Assembly (NCBI GenBank): GCA_964018265.1 | Contig: CAXHOY010000008.1 | Location: 9,605-73,604 of the forward strand | DNA: 64,000 nt | Direction: 5' to 3' | Source: an uncultured Muribaculaceae bacterium | Lineage (GTDB): Bacteria; Bacteroidota; Bacteroidia; Bacteroidales; Muribaculaceae | Shown here: positions 19,426-29,000 of the stretch, piece by piece | How the letters are laid out: each line of letters opens with the position of its first letter | Position numbering within the stretch: position 1 is the first letter of the stretch | The notes under the pieces: generated by a model | What the model was told of the DNA's origin: nothing | Seen by the model: only the letters and a program-made list of their open reading frames with translations | The model's database searches: none | Program-made: the position numbers and the translations under genes

Positions 19426-21630
19426 ATGAATGCTATCATAAAATATTCGCTATGCGGAGCCATGCTGATGGTTTCCGGTAGTTTCACCGCTGATGCAGCA
19501 GGTGCTCGTTCGCCGTATGTCAGCGGCATTTCGACATATGTCTATCCCGAGAATGCACCCAAGTCTCCTTCTAACTTTGTATACATGCCCGACGGCCAGA
19601 GCTATCTCACTCTTTCGCCTGACCATCGTTCGATTGTAAGATACGAGACCAAAAGCGGCAAGGAGATGGAAGTCTTTGTCGATCTGACCAATACACGTGA
19701 GACGACCATCGAGGATATCGACGGTTTCACGCTCAGCGGAGATGCGACAAAGGTGCTTGTCTATCGCAACCGCAAGCCGATCTACAGGCGGTCGTTCACT
19801 GCGGAGTATTATGTCTATGAAGTGCGCTCGCGCCTGTTGCGTCCGCTGTCTGTCGAACACAGCTCGCAGCGTTCGCCTCTGTTTTCGCCCGACTCTCGTA
19901 TGGTGGCCTTTGTCGCTGACAATAACATATTCATAAAGAAACTTGACTACAACACCGAGACCGCGGTCACCGAAGATGGAGCTGAAGGACGGATTATCAA
20001 CGGCGTGAGCGACTGGACCTATGAGGAAGAGTTCTCCACCACCTGCTCGATGGCCTGGTCGCCTGACAATCTGACCTTATGTTATGTGAAATATAATGAA
20101 AGTGAAGTGCCGACTTACACTCTGCCAATCTATGGAGGCAGCTGTCATCAGGATGAGCGCTACGCTTATTATCCCGGAGTCTATTCCTACAAGTATCCCG
20201 TGGCCGGAGCTGTCAACTCGCGTGTCTCAATCCATAGCTACGACGTCGACAACCGCAAGGTCAAAGATATCGTTCTCAAAGACGCAACGATCGAATATAT
20301 CCCGTCTATCATATTTGCTCCAGCAGGAAATGTGTTGATTGCTCCTACGCTCAACAGAGAGCAGAACCGTCTGGAAATCTACAGCATCAATCCAAAATCG
20401 ACGGTCGTGAAGTCAATTTACACCGAGACTTCGCAGACATGGGTGTCGCCGGAGACATATGAGAATATCAGTTATGGAGAAGATGGCATGGTCATTCTTT
20501 CAAGCAAAAGCGGTTATGCCCATTTGTATAAATATTCATATACCGGCACTGAATTGCGTCAGCTTACCACCGGCGAATTTGACGTGACGGCATATTATGG
20601 AACCGACGCTGCGGGTAACATCTACTATCAGTCGGCGACCCCGTCACCCCTTGACCGCACGGTCAAGTGCATTGACCGAAAGGGCGTGACACGCAGTGTT
20701 GGAGATGCAAAGGGTTGGAACTCAGCTCAATTTTCGCCTGATATGGATTATGTGTTGCTGAATTACAGTGACGTCAATACCCCTCCTGTCTACACACTAT
20801 GTACGCCTGCAGGCAAGGCTCTGCGCACAGTCGAGGACAATGCGGCCTATCGTTCGCGTTACGAAGGAAAGATACCGGCAAAGGAGTTCTTCACATTCAA
20901 GAGCGACGGCTATGAGCTTAATGGCTATATAATCAAACCTGCGCAGTTCTCGTCGGGCAAGAGATATCCGGTTGTGATGACTCAGTACAGCGGTCCGGGT
21001 TCGCAGAGCGTGGTCAACCGTTGGCAGATGGACTTTGACTACTATTATGCCATGCAGGGCTATGTTGTTGTCTGTGTCGATGGACGAGGCACAGGAGGCC
21101 GGGGACGTCAGTTTATGGATGTAGTCTATAAACAGCTGGGCCACTACGAGACAATTGATCAGATCAATGCCGCCAACCATGTCGCATCATTGCCATATGT
21201 CGACGGAAAGCGTATCGGCATCTGTGGATGGAGCTATGGCGGATATGAGGCGTTGATGTGTGCGACAGAGGCCGAAAACCCATTTGCGGCTGCGGTTGCC
21301 ATCGCTCCCGTGACAGACTGGCGTTATTATGACACGGTCTACGCCGAGCGATATATGTCGACCCCTCAGATCAACGACGAAGGATATCGCCGCTCTGCGC
21401 CTCTCAACCGAACCATGAGGCTTCAATGTCCGTTATTGATGATGTATGGAACTGCTGATGACAATGTGCATCCGGCCAATACGCTTGAGTTTGTATCCCG
21501 TCTGCAGAGCCAGGGATTGATGTGCGACATGTTTGTCTTCCCGAACATGAATCATTCAATCAATGGTTGCAACACACGTTCACTGGTCTACGCCAGGATG
21601 CTTGAATTTTTTGACAAGAACCTGAAATAA
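19426..21630 (+). CDS. dpp4: Dipeptidyl peptidase IV (S9B)
   Basis: NGVSDWTYEEE, YPVAG, QYSGPGSQ, catalytic GWSYGGY, GTADDNVH, NMNHSI. Confidence 0.93.
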   Translation: MNAIIKYSLCGAMLMVSGSFTADAAGARSPYVSGISTYVYPENAPKSPSNFVYMPDGQSYLTLSPDHRSIVRYETKSGKEMEVFVDLTNTRETTIEDIDGFTLSGDATKVLVYRNRKPIYRRSFTAEYYVYEVRSRLLRPLSVEHSSQRSPLFSPDSRMVAFVADNNIFIKKLDYNTETAVTEDGAEGRIINGVSDWTYEEEFSTTCSMAWSPDNLTLCYVKYNESEVPTYTLPIYGGSCHQDERYAYYPGVYSYKYPVAGAVNSRVSIHSYDVDNRKVKDIVLKDATIEYIPSIIFAPAGNVLIAPTLNREQNRLEIYSINPKSTVVKSIYTETSQTWVSPETYENISYGEDGMVILSSKSGYAHLYKYSYTGTELRQLTTGEFDVTAYYGTDAAGNIYYQSATPSPLDRTVKCIDRKGVTRSVGDAKGWNSAQFSPDMDYVLLNYSDVNTPPVYTLCTPAGKALRTVEDNAAYRSRYEGKIPAKEFFTFKSDGYELNGYIIKPAQFSSGKRYPVVMTQYSGPGSQSVVNRWQMDFDYYYAMQGYVVVCVDGRGTGGRGRQFMDVVYKQLGHYETIDQINAANHVASLPYVDGKRIGICGWSYGGYEALMCATEAENPFAAAVAIAPVTDWRYYDTVYAERYMSTPQINDEGYRRSAPLNRTMRLQCPLLMMYGTADDNVHPANTLEFVSRLQSQGLMCDMFVFPNMNHSINGCNTRSLVYARMLEFFDKNLK

Positions 21631-21645
21631 CAAATCAGCATAAAT

Positions 21646-22938
21646 ATGCCAAACCGTCATATTATATCATCCGGTGCGGTCAGAGCGATGTGGAACAATT
21701 GGGCGATTGCTTTCGGAGCGCTCGCCTGTGTGATAATTGGCTCTCTGTTCATCCCGAAATTATGGCTTCCGTTGCTACTGTTCATCGGAGCATATCTGCT
21801 ATCTGCCAGATTGAAATTTGAAAGTGGCCGCACAAAGATTGCTGGCTGCAATCTCATAGTGTGGTCAATGGTCTGGATACTTGTGTGGTCGGCCATAGTG
21901 ATGTGTGTTATCAACGTGTTGTATGCCAAATGGTTTGTCAATGGAGTGTATCCGATTGACCCTATCAATCCCAAGCATCCTTATGTTTGCTCGCTCATCC
22001 TTTTCCCGACTGCGGCTGTAGTCAGCATCTATATGCTGCTGCGTCGCCGACGCGGAACACATTGCCGCAAATGTCTGGCGCGATTTGGCTATTATTCGAC
22101 TTCTGACAAAGCAGTCGCGACGCTCTATTTTCACGAGACGCGCTATCAGCTTCGCTTGATGCTGGGGTTGTCGCTGGTGTTGAGTGTGGTTGACTGGTTC
22201 TATTATTTCAAGTATTATATCAATGTCAACTATAACACTCCCGACCGTTTCTTTTATATCATAATGCCGATAGCCATCTATATACTTTCGCTTGTCTATA
22301 TGACGATGCGCTATATGTCGATGGCCGAGGAACTTACTGTGCCTCGTGGTGGCACAGTCGCACGGCCTATGATGACGCTCGTGCGTTATCTGGTGTTTTC
22401 GGGCGATGCCGTCTTTCTTGATGCGGGCGATGACGGGCGTATGGACACTCCGGCGCTGATGATGATGCCGCGTAAGGAGACCATGCCTGACGACGAAGCT
22501 TCGAAGTTTTTCCGGGATATGTCTGATGAAAAGGATTTCGAACTGAAATATCTGTATACAGACTCGGGCTTTGCGACCGGCGCCAATGTGTTCCACTTTG
22601 CGGTTTTCGTGCCCGAAACCGAGCGGGCCATGTCGCTCCACGGACAGTGGCTCACCATTGATGAACTTGACCGCATGCTAAAGGGTGGCAGACTCGCGCC
22701 CATGCTGCTGAGCGAGATTAACCGCATCTATCGTGTGACCATGGCTTGGAAGACTTATGACCGGAACGGGCGTCGCCTCTATCCGATCAAGAATTATCAG
22801 CCGACATTCCGTTTCCGCGATTTCAAGAATTGGAATGTGGACTATAATGATCTGAGTTGGCTCGACATCGCGGCTAATAATGAGGACAGGCCGTTCTACA
22901 GATTGCGCCGTTTCTGGCAAAAGCATTTCAGACACTGA
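21646..22938 (+). CDS. Conserved hypothetical polytopic membrane protein with soluble C-terminal domain
   Basis: About 6 hydrophobic helices, a cytoplasmic CRKC motif, soluble C-terminus; 15 bp from dpp4 and 4 bp from miaA. Confidence 0.8.
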   Translation: MPNRHIISSGAVRAMWNNWAIAFGALACVIIGSLFIPKLWLPLLLFIGAYLLSARLKFESGRTKIAGCNLIVWSMVWILVWSAIVMCVINVLYAKWFVNGVYPIDPINPKHPYVCSLILFPTAAVVSIYMLLRRRRGTHCRKCLARFGYYSTSDKAVATLYFHETRYQLRLMLGLSLVLSVVDWFYYFKYYINVNYNTPDRFFYIIMPIAIYILSLVYMTMRYMSMAEELTVPRGGTVARPMMTLVRYLVFSGDAVFLDAGDDGRMDTPALMMMPRKETMPDDEASKFFRDMSDEKDFELKYLYTDSGFATGANVFHFAVFVPETERAMSLHGQWLTIDELDRMLKGGRLAPMLLSEINRIYRVTMAWKTYDRNGRRLYPIKNYQPTFRFRDFKNWNVDYNDLSWLDIAANNEDRPFYRLRRFWQKHFRH

Positions 22939-22942
22939 CCCA

Positions 22943-23863
22943 ATGGCGGAAATATTGTTCATATGCGGGCCGACGGCCTCCGGTAAGACATCGCTTGCTG
23001 TTGATGTGTCCAAAGCTATAGACGGGGAGATTATCAGCGCTGATTCGCGCCAGATATACCGCGGCATGGATCTTGGAACCGGCAAGGATCTCGATGAGTA
23101 TGGGACAGTGGCTTATCATCTGATAGATATCGCTCCGGCAGGCTATAAGTACAATCTGTTTGAATATCTGCGTGATTTCGATCTTGCGCGGAAGGATATA
23201 GAGTCGCGTGGCAGGTTTCCTGTCGTCTGCGGTGGAACAGGCCTCTATGTTGAGTCTGCCCTCAAAGGGCTTCATCTCCCGGAAGTGCCTGAAAACAAGT
23301 CATTGAGACAGCGCCTCGAAGGTTTGACCCTTGGAGAGCTAAGCGAGATTTTGGCCGAAATGAAATCTCTGCATAATACAACAGACATCGACACGGCCAA
23401 ACGTGCCATAAGGGCAATCGAGATCGAGACATATTACAGGGAACATCCAGAGGCTGCGGCGCAGGCTCGGCCTGAACCTCTGAAAGGCGCGGTGACGGTG
23501 GGCGTTGAAATCGACCGGGACAGCCGGCGCAGCCGCATCACAAGCAGGCTCAAGTCACGTCTCGACGCCGGCATGGTTGATGAGGTGAAATCACTTATCG
23601 ACAGTGGTATCAAGCCTGATGACCTGATCTATTATGGGCTCGAATACAAATATCTCACGTTATATGTCACCGGACGTATGACCTATGATGAGATGTTCAC
23701 TTCGCTTGAAATTGCTATCCACCAGTTTGCCAAACGTCAGATGACATGGTTCAGAGGCATGGAACGGCGTGGTTTCAATATACACTGGCTCCCGTGGGAC
23801 ATGGAGCGCAATGAAGCCGTAGATATAATCAAGCATCTTATTGCCGATGAAGACCGGTCATAG
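22943..23863 (+). CDS. miaA: tRNA dimethylallyltransferase
   Basis: GPTASGKT P-loop, ISADSRQIYRGMDLGTGK, HLIDI, GGTGLY, FAKRQMTWFR; start MAEILF at 22943. Confidence 0.95.
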   Translation: MAEILFICGPTASGKTSLAVDVSKAIDGEIISADSRQIYRGMDLGTGKDLDEYGTVAYHLIDIAPAGYKYNLFEYLRDFDLARKDIESRGRFPVVCGGTGLYVESALKGLHLPEVPENKSLRQRLEGLTLGELSEILAEMKSLHNTTDIDTAKRAIRAIEIETYYREHPEAAAQARPEPLKGAVTVGVEIDRDSRRSRITSRLKSRLDAGMVDEVKSLIDSGIKPDDLIYYGLEYKYLTLYVTGRMTYDEMFTSLEIAIHQFAKRQMTWFRGMERRGFNIHWLPWDMERNEAVDIIKHLIADEDRS

Positions 23864-24803
23864 TCATATCGCTCTGTTGCTGTCTTTGGCTTCTGCATTG
23901 ACGATGTCGGGTGAGGAACATTACCATGTTGCGCCAATCGAGCTCAAAGCAGGAACCGTGATGACTGACAGTGTCGAGGCCGGTGCGCAACAATGGAGCT
24001 TTCATTGTCGTGTCGAACTGCCCAAGTCTTCTGCCGGGCCATGTTGGGAGATTGTTGTCAAGGGAGACAATGGCGGTCAGACAGGTATAAAACTTGAACG
24101 AAAGGGCCTGAAATCAGCTGATTTTGATTACGAGCCGGCGCTTGAAATCACTTTATCAACCGATGGTGCCGAAAAGAAGTTGACTATAGACCGAGGCATT
24201 GATCCATCGCTTGACGGATGGTCTGTGGTGCTTGAAAGAGTGCTTGGGGCTGACAGCATAGACTGTCGTGTCGGTCAACGTATGCCGTTGGAGACTTTTA
24301 GGATTGCTTTGCCCGAAGGTCCGGTGGTGCTGTCGTTGGAAGCTTTTACGGCGCTTGGTCTGTCGCGCATGTCTCTATTGAGCGATCACGTGCTTGCCGA
24401 CCGTGCTCCTGTGAGATTTGAAACAGTCGAAGATATTGATGCCTATCTTTCCGAGTCGTCGGATGCGGTCGAGCGTAAATGGTGTTATCTCGACCGGGAT
24501 ACAGACCAACGGGTCTTGAATCTTGGCGGTGATTATAAACTTGCGACCATAAAACGTCAAGACGGCGCATATGACCTCGTCTATATTGAAGGCGCAAGGG
24601 TCAATGGCGTCAATTGGAAGCCGATGATGATAAAAGGACGTCTTAAGCCGACTCCATTTGTCAATCACTTCGATCTGGTGTGGTATGATGCCTATGGACG
24701 TGAGGTGGATACTGATACAAGTGCAGATATCATCGACACGTCAATCCTGAAACTCAATTTCCCGCTGCAGGGTGGGGTTGTGCGTTTTCGCTCTATGCCC
24801 TGA
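23847..24803 (+). CDS. Exported hypothetical protein
   Basis: Signal-peptide-like N-terminus (HIALLLSLASALTMS), beta-rich body; overlaps the miaA stop. Confidence 0.7.
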   Translation: MKTGHSHIALLLSLASALTMSGEEHYHVAPIELKAGTVMTDSVEAGAQQWSFHCRVELPKSSAGPCWEIVVKGDNGGQTGIKLERKGLKSADFDYEPALEITLSTDGAEKKLTIDRGIDPSLDGWSVVLERVLGADSIDCRVGQRMPLETFRIALPEGPVVLSLEAFTALGLSRMSLLSDHVLADRAPVRFETVEDIDAYLSESSDAVERKWCYLDRDTDQRVLNLGGDYKLATIKRQDGAYDLVYIEGARVNGVNWKPMMIKGRLKPTPFVNHFDLVWYDAYGREVDTDTSADIIDTSILKLNFPLQGGVVRFRSMP

Positions 24804-25245
24804 CGGACGAGTCTCCGCTTATCTCTTGGGTAGATATGTTGTAGGTGAGGGTAGAGTCAAGCAACACGACCGTATATGTGCGTGCGTCGCGCTCAAGGGA
24901 GAAGACACTGCCGAGACTTTCGGTTTCTTCAAGATATTTGTAAAGAGCCGGGGGCACTTGGTCGAAAACCAATACTTCCGGCAGAGGCAATCCATATCCG
25001 TTGATAGCTTCCCAATTGCAGTCTTTATCGAAAGTCAGACCAGGGCCGTTGGTGATCCTGACGTGATAAGTCGTCGGAGATGCAGTGTAGTTCTCTATGC
25101 TGCTGTTGGGAAAATATTGAGATATGAAATGCGAGATATCAACGGGAAGTTCATCCCAGAGCCGGTCTTCTTTACAAGATGAAATCATGGCCACGAGAGG
25201 TGTGACCGCCATTAGAAGGATGTTGAAGACTGTTGTAATTTTCAT
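24793..25245 (-). CDS. PepSY-like (BLIP-like) domain lipoprotein
   Basis: Lipobox ISSC; ELPVDISHFISQYFP, YHVRITNGPGLTFDKDCNW, VPPALYKYL are typical Bacteroidetes PepSY-like repeats. Confidence 0.8.
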   Translation of the reverse strand: MKITTVFNILLMAVTPLVAMISSCKEDRLWDELPVDISHFISQYFPNSSIENYTASPTTYHVRITNGPGLTFDKDCNWEAINGYGLPLPEVLVFDQVPPALYKYLEETESLGSVFSLERDARTYTVVLLDSTLTYNISTQEISGDSSVRA

Positions 25246-25359
25246 AATTCTGCGATTAGTATCTGTTATGAATAAACAACATTCTTTACACGGCTAATGT
25301 TCCATCATTTTCCCCATTTTTGCCGAAATTTAGGCTCAAATCACCATTATGCAGTCCTA

Positions 25360-25397
25360 AAAAATAAAACGGGCTGTCGAGTGATGTCGGCAGCCCG
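25360..25397 (-). terminator. Intrinsic terminator after TlpA-like gene
   Basis: CGGGCTGTCGA / TCGGCAGCCCG stem with an adjacent A-run (U-tract on the - strand). Confidence 0.7.
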
Positions 25398-25420
25398 GAT
25401 GAGATTGTTGTTTCGTCGGC

Positions 25421-26527
25421 TCAGATTTTTTTTGCGATTTCAGAGTCGAGTGTCGTCGGGTCGGTGACACGGAGACTCAGCACTCCCGAACGATCGATGA
25501 TATAGGTGAGCGGAAGTACGTTGACATTGTAGTTGAACATAGCCCTGTTGCCGTCTTCGGGAGAGTTCCACACTGTGATCCAAGGCAGATTGACGGCTGA
25601 TTGTTTCCATTGAGCCTCGTCTTTGTCAAATGCCACCTGAAATATCTCCAGACCGCGGTCGTGATATTTCTTGTATAGGTCTGCGAGGATAACGTTGTAG
25701 GCCGGTGAGTTGTCAAGATCGTAGGCTGTGAAGCTTAGAAGCACTATGTTTCCTTTGGCCGCAGTATCAAAGAGGCTGTGTTCGACACCTTTGTTGTCAT
25801 AGGAGCGGATGTCGAAAGGCAGTCCGCTTTCGGGCACTTCAATGGTGGCGCCTTGCGCGAGATCCGGATTGGCTGCTGCCTTGGCTGTTAGATACATGTT
25901 GCGCAATATGGCGGTCCGCGGATCGTCAGGACTGTTTGTCGCAAAATTCTGCGCCACAGCGCCTATGACAGCGAGGTCGCGGTTGACCATAGGATTGAAA
26001 AGCGCTTGTCCGGCGATGCGCTTGTTGATAATATAGTATGCGGTTATCAATTCATCGTCGTTGATCAGCATTTTTGTCAGATTGCGTTTGAGCAGCGAGT
26101 CTGTTGCGGCAGCTTTTTCGCCCTTGACCGCGATGACAGATGCGATCATGGAGTCTGCTTCGGCAAAGCGTCTGGCCGACTCTGTGCCTGTGAGGCTGTA
26201 GCCGTGGCCAAATGACGATGCGTCGGCATTGATGATGATGCGGCTGACTGAGTCTACGGGGAAATATATGTCAGAGCCGTTGAAAGACAGTCGGTATACT
26301 TCGGGAAATGGCGACGGTGTGGCGGCCCGGTAGCTGAATGCTCCCGACTTATCGACAGTCAGAGAGTCGATCGTATACCAGTATGTGTTATTGAAGGCCT
26401 GAAGGGCGATTTTGTCGCCTTCGGCTCCAGTGACGGTTCCTTCGACAGACCATCCTTTTTTGTCGTTGCAGGAATAAAGGGTGGCGGCAGCCAGGATTGA
26501 AGCGGCGATGATTGATTTTGGAGACAT
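25421..26527 (-). CDS. DUF4369/AhpC-TSA thioredoxin-fold lipoprotein lacking CxxC
   Basis: Lipobox LYSC; KGNIVLLSFTAY (no CxxC), GLEIFQVAFD, LPWITV, YNVNVLPLTYIIDRSG. Confidence 0.8.
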   Translation of the reverse strand: MSPKSIIAASILAAATLYSCNDKKGWSVEGTVTGAEGDKIALQAFNNTYWYTIDSLTVDKSGAFSYRAATPSPFPEVYRLSFNGSDIYFPVDSVSRIIINADASSFGHGYSLTGTESARRFAEADSMIASVIAVKGEKAAATDSLLKRNLTKMLINDDELITAYYIINKRIAGQALFNPMVNRDLAVIGAVAQNFATNSPDDPRTAILRNMYLTAKAAANPDLAQGATIEVPESGLPFDIRSYDNKGVEHSLFDTAAKGNIVLLSFTAYDLDNSPAYNVILADLYKKYHDRGLEIFQVAFDKDEAQWKQSAVNLPWITVWNSPEDGNRAMFNYNVNVLPLTYIIDRSGVLSLRVTDPTTLDSEIAKKI

Positions 26528-26545
26528 GGCTGTAGATAGTGTTTA

Positions 26546-26941
26546 TTATTTGAACTCTGCGGCGACTGAGGCTGCAATTGCTTGCATGCGTTCGGGTGAA
26601 GGAGAGAGTTTTTCTCCGAAGAAGTTCATGTCGCTCTCTTTGTTGATGGGTATCAGGTGGATGTGGGCATGGGGAACTTCCAGCCCCATGACAGCGACGC
26701 CCACGCGTTTGCAAGGCATGGCTTTTGCAAGAGCCTTGGCCACTCGCTTTGCAAAAAGCTGAAGGCCGCTGTACTCATCATCACTCAGGTCAAAGATGTA
26801 GTCAGTCTCGTTTTTGGGGATTACAAGCGTATGTCCTTCGGCAACGGGGTTGATGTCGAGAAATGCGAAGTAGTGCTCGTCTTCGGCGATTTTATATGAA
26901 GGAATCTCGCCGGCGGCAATTTTTGAGAAGATTGAGGCCAT
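26546..26941 (-). CDS. HIT family protein
   Basis: SIFSKIAAGEIP, AFLDINP..EGHTLVIPK, histidine triad VPHAHIHLIP. Confidence 0.93.
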   Translation of the reverse strand: MASIFSKIAAGEIPSYKIAEDEHYFAFLDINPVAEGHTLVIPKNETDYIFDLSDDEYSGLQLFAKRVAKALAKAMPCKRVGVAVMGLEVPHAHIHLIPINKESDMNFFGEKLSPSPERMQAIAASVAAEFK

Positions 26942-26944
26942 GGC

Positions 26945-27415
26945 TTAGAATGATATTTCGATGATTTCGAATTTCATCAAGCCCGAGGGTACTCTGATCT
27001 CGACGATTTCGCCAAGTTTGTGGCCGAGAAGCCCCTGGGCAATAGGAGTCGATGATGCGATTTTCTTGGCTTTGAGGTCTGCCTCAGAGTCTGCTACGAT
27101 GGTATATTCCATCACCATGCCGTTGGCTACGTTTTTGATCTTGACTTTGTTGAGAATCTGAACTTCGTCTGTGTTCAGTTTGCTTTCGTCGATGATGCGG
27201 GCCTGAGCCACGAGATCCTTTAGCTGGGCAATCTTCATTTCCAGCATGCCCTGGGCTTCTTTGGCCGCGTCGTATTCCGCATTCTCAGAGAGGTCGCCTT
27301 TGTCGCGGGCTTCGGCGATTGCACGAGATATTTCAGGACGCTTAACAGATTCGAGGTAAGCGATTTCTTCCATTTTCTTTTTGTAACCTTCTTTGGTCAT
27401 GTAAGTGATAGCCAT
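26945..27415 (-). CDS. greA: Transcription elongation factor GreA
   Basis: ARDKGDLSENAEYDAAKEAQ; IASSTPIAQGLLG. Confidence 0.96.
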   Translation of the reverse strand: MAITYMTKEGYKKKMEEIAYLESVKRPEISRAIAEARDKGDLSENAEYDAAKEAQGMLEMKIAQLKDLVAQARIIDESKLNTDEVQILNKVKIKNVANGMVMEYTIVADSEADLKAKKIASSTPIAQGLLGHKLGEIVEIRVPSGLMKFEIIEISF

Positions 27416-27523
27416 AAGAGTGTATTTTTGAGGTTTAGAATTTATATATCAGTAAAAAAATAAGAAACTCGGCCTTTGTCTCGGGCGAGTCCCTGTCTCA
27501 TGTTAAAACAATAAATTTCGTTA

Positions 27524-27531
27524 CAAAGGTA
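27524..27531 (-). promoter_or_regulatory. -7 promoter element for greA operon (TACCTTTG)
   Basis: CAAAGGTA on the + strand, upstream of greA. Confidence 0.55.
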
Positions 27532-27666
27532 GGTACTTTTTGAGATTAAAGGCATTATTACGTGCTAATAAAAGTTAATTTATTGATTAAAGTGACATTA
27601 TCCTCTGTGATTTGTTGTAATATTGTTCAAACTACGGATAATTGACGAACTTATAATAAAAATTGA

Positions 27667-28197
27667 ATGAAAGAGACTATTGATGATATTATGACACGCA
27701 CGTCGGTGCGGTCGTTCTCTACGCGGGAGGTGACAGCGGAGGATATTGAGACTATGCTTAGGGCTGCGATGGCGGCGCCGTCGGCAATGAACAAGCAACC
27801 ATGGCATTTCTTTGTGATCAAAGATGCCGGGGTGTGTGGTGAGGTTGCCGATGTGCTTGAATATGGCCGGCAGTCGTTGCGGTCGGCCGGTTGTGCGATA
27901 ATCGTAGCGGGCGACCGCGAGCACTTCTTCGAGGATGCCGGGGCAGTGGACTACTGGGTAGAGGATTGTTCGGCGGCAGCTGAGAATCTACTTCTTGCCG
28001 CTCATGCACTCGGGCTTGGTGCGGTCTGGTGTGGGGTATATCCTATCGAGCAACGTGTCAAGCAGCTTCGTGAGGCTGTCGGAATTGACAGCCGTTATGT
28101 GCCGATGTGCATTATTCCGGTGGGCTATCCTGAAGGAGTCCATGAACCTAAGGACAAATGGGATCCGTCCAAGGTAAGCTATATAGGCCAGAGATAG
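27667..28197 (+). CDS. Nitroreductase family protein
   Basis: RTSVRSF, AAPSAMNKQPWHF, DCSAAAENLLLAAHALGLGAVW, IPVGYP. Confidence 0.92.
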   Translation: MKETIDDIMTRTSVRSFSTREVTAEDIETMLRAAMAAPSAMNKQPWHFFVIKDAGVCGEVADVLEYGRQSLRSAGCAIIVAGDREHFFEDAGAVDYWVEDCSAAAENLLLAAHALGLGAVWCGVYPIEQRVKQLREAVGIDSRYVPMCIIPVGYPEGVHEPKDKWDPSKVSYIGQR

Positions 28198-29000
28198 CGT
28201 CGGTCGCCTTTCAGGATCTGTGGAGCCAATCTGGCTCCGTCAATGAGATGTCGAGCCGCGCATATCAGTCCGCAGCGGCCTGAGCGCCATAATCTGAAGG
28301 CTTTTAGCGGCAGACGAAGTGGAAGCGTTGAGGGTGTGGCGATCGCCATGTAGCATCCCATCGCTCTCAGGTTTGACGGAGTCAGTTTGCTCTTGGTACC
28401 TGTGGATTCATGGGGATGGGCGCATATTGTAACCGGGAAGAAGCGGCAGTCGAGTTTACGCCTAATGGCTGAAAGCAGAAACAGTTCGTCTTCAGAGCCG
28501 TGCATGAGCCTTGAGCCAAGGCCTAATTCAGGATGGAAGCGTAAGTCACCGGTCGATGACCGGCGGAAGGCGATGTGGAATGTCGCGACCCAAAAACCTT
28601 TGGGCAGTGGTTCTTTCAGACGGCATGTTGCCGCAGGATAAAGCGGAGCTCCGTGCATCCGTGCTTCGAAAGTGGCCACGTCGAGATCCGGGTTACTTTC
28701 AAATGTCGAAATGACGGCACGCAGCCCGTCGGCATCATATATGAGGTCATCGTCTGAGTTGAGGATTATGTCGGCGGTACAGTTGTCGATGGCATTATTG
28801 CGGTTGAGTGATTGCCCTTTAAGGTCAAATCTGATGATTTTGATGTCATCGCGCTCCAGTTGGCTTGGCACCGGATGGTCTCCGTGTTCTTGCCACGAAA
28901 CGACATATCTCACGCCTTTGACGACAGGCAGATCCATGGCAGCCACACGGGCAATGCCTTCCGGACGGTATGTGGCGAGTGCAAGGTCGAGAGTCAGCAT
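28179..29000 (-). CDS. GT-A (family 2-like) glycosyltransferase
   Basis: GQSLNRNNAI, IILNSDDD (DxD), GSEDELFL; overlaps the upstream GT stop. Confidence 0.8.
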   Translation of the reverse strand: MLTLDLALATYRPEGIARVAAMDLPVVKGVRYVVSWQEHGDHPVPSQLERDDIKIIRFDLKGQSLNRNNAIDNCTADIILNSDDDLIYDADGLRAVISTFESNPDLDVATFEARMHGAPLYPAATCRLKEPLPKGFWVATFHIAFRRSSTGDLRFHPELGLGSRLMHGSEDELFLLSAIRRKLDCRFFPVTICAHPHESTGTKSKLTPSNLRAMGCYMAIATPSTLPLRLPLKAFRLWRSGRCGLICAARHLIDGARLAPQILKGDRRYLWPI

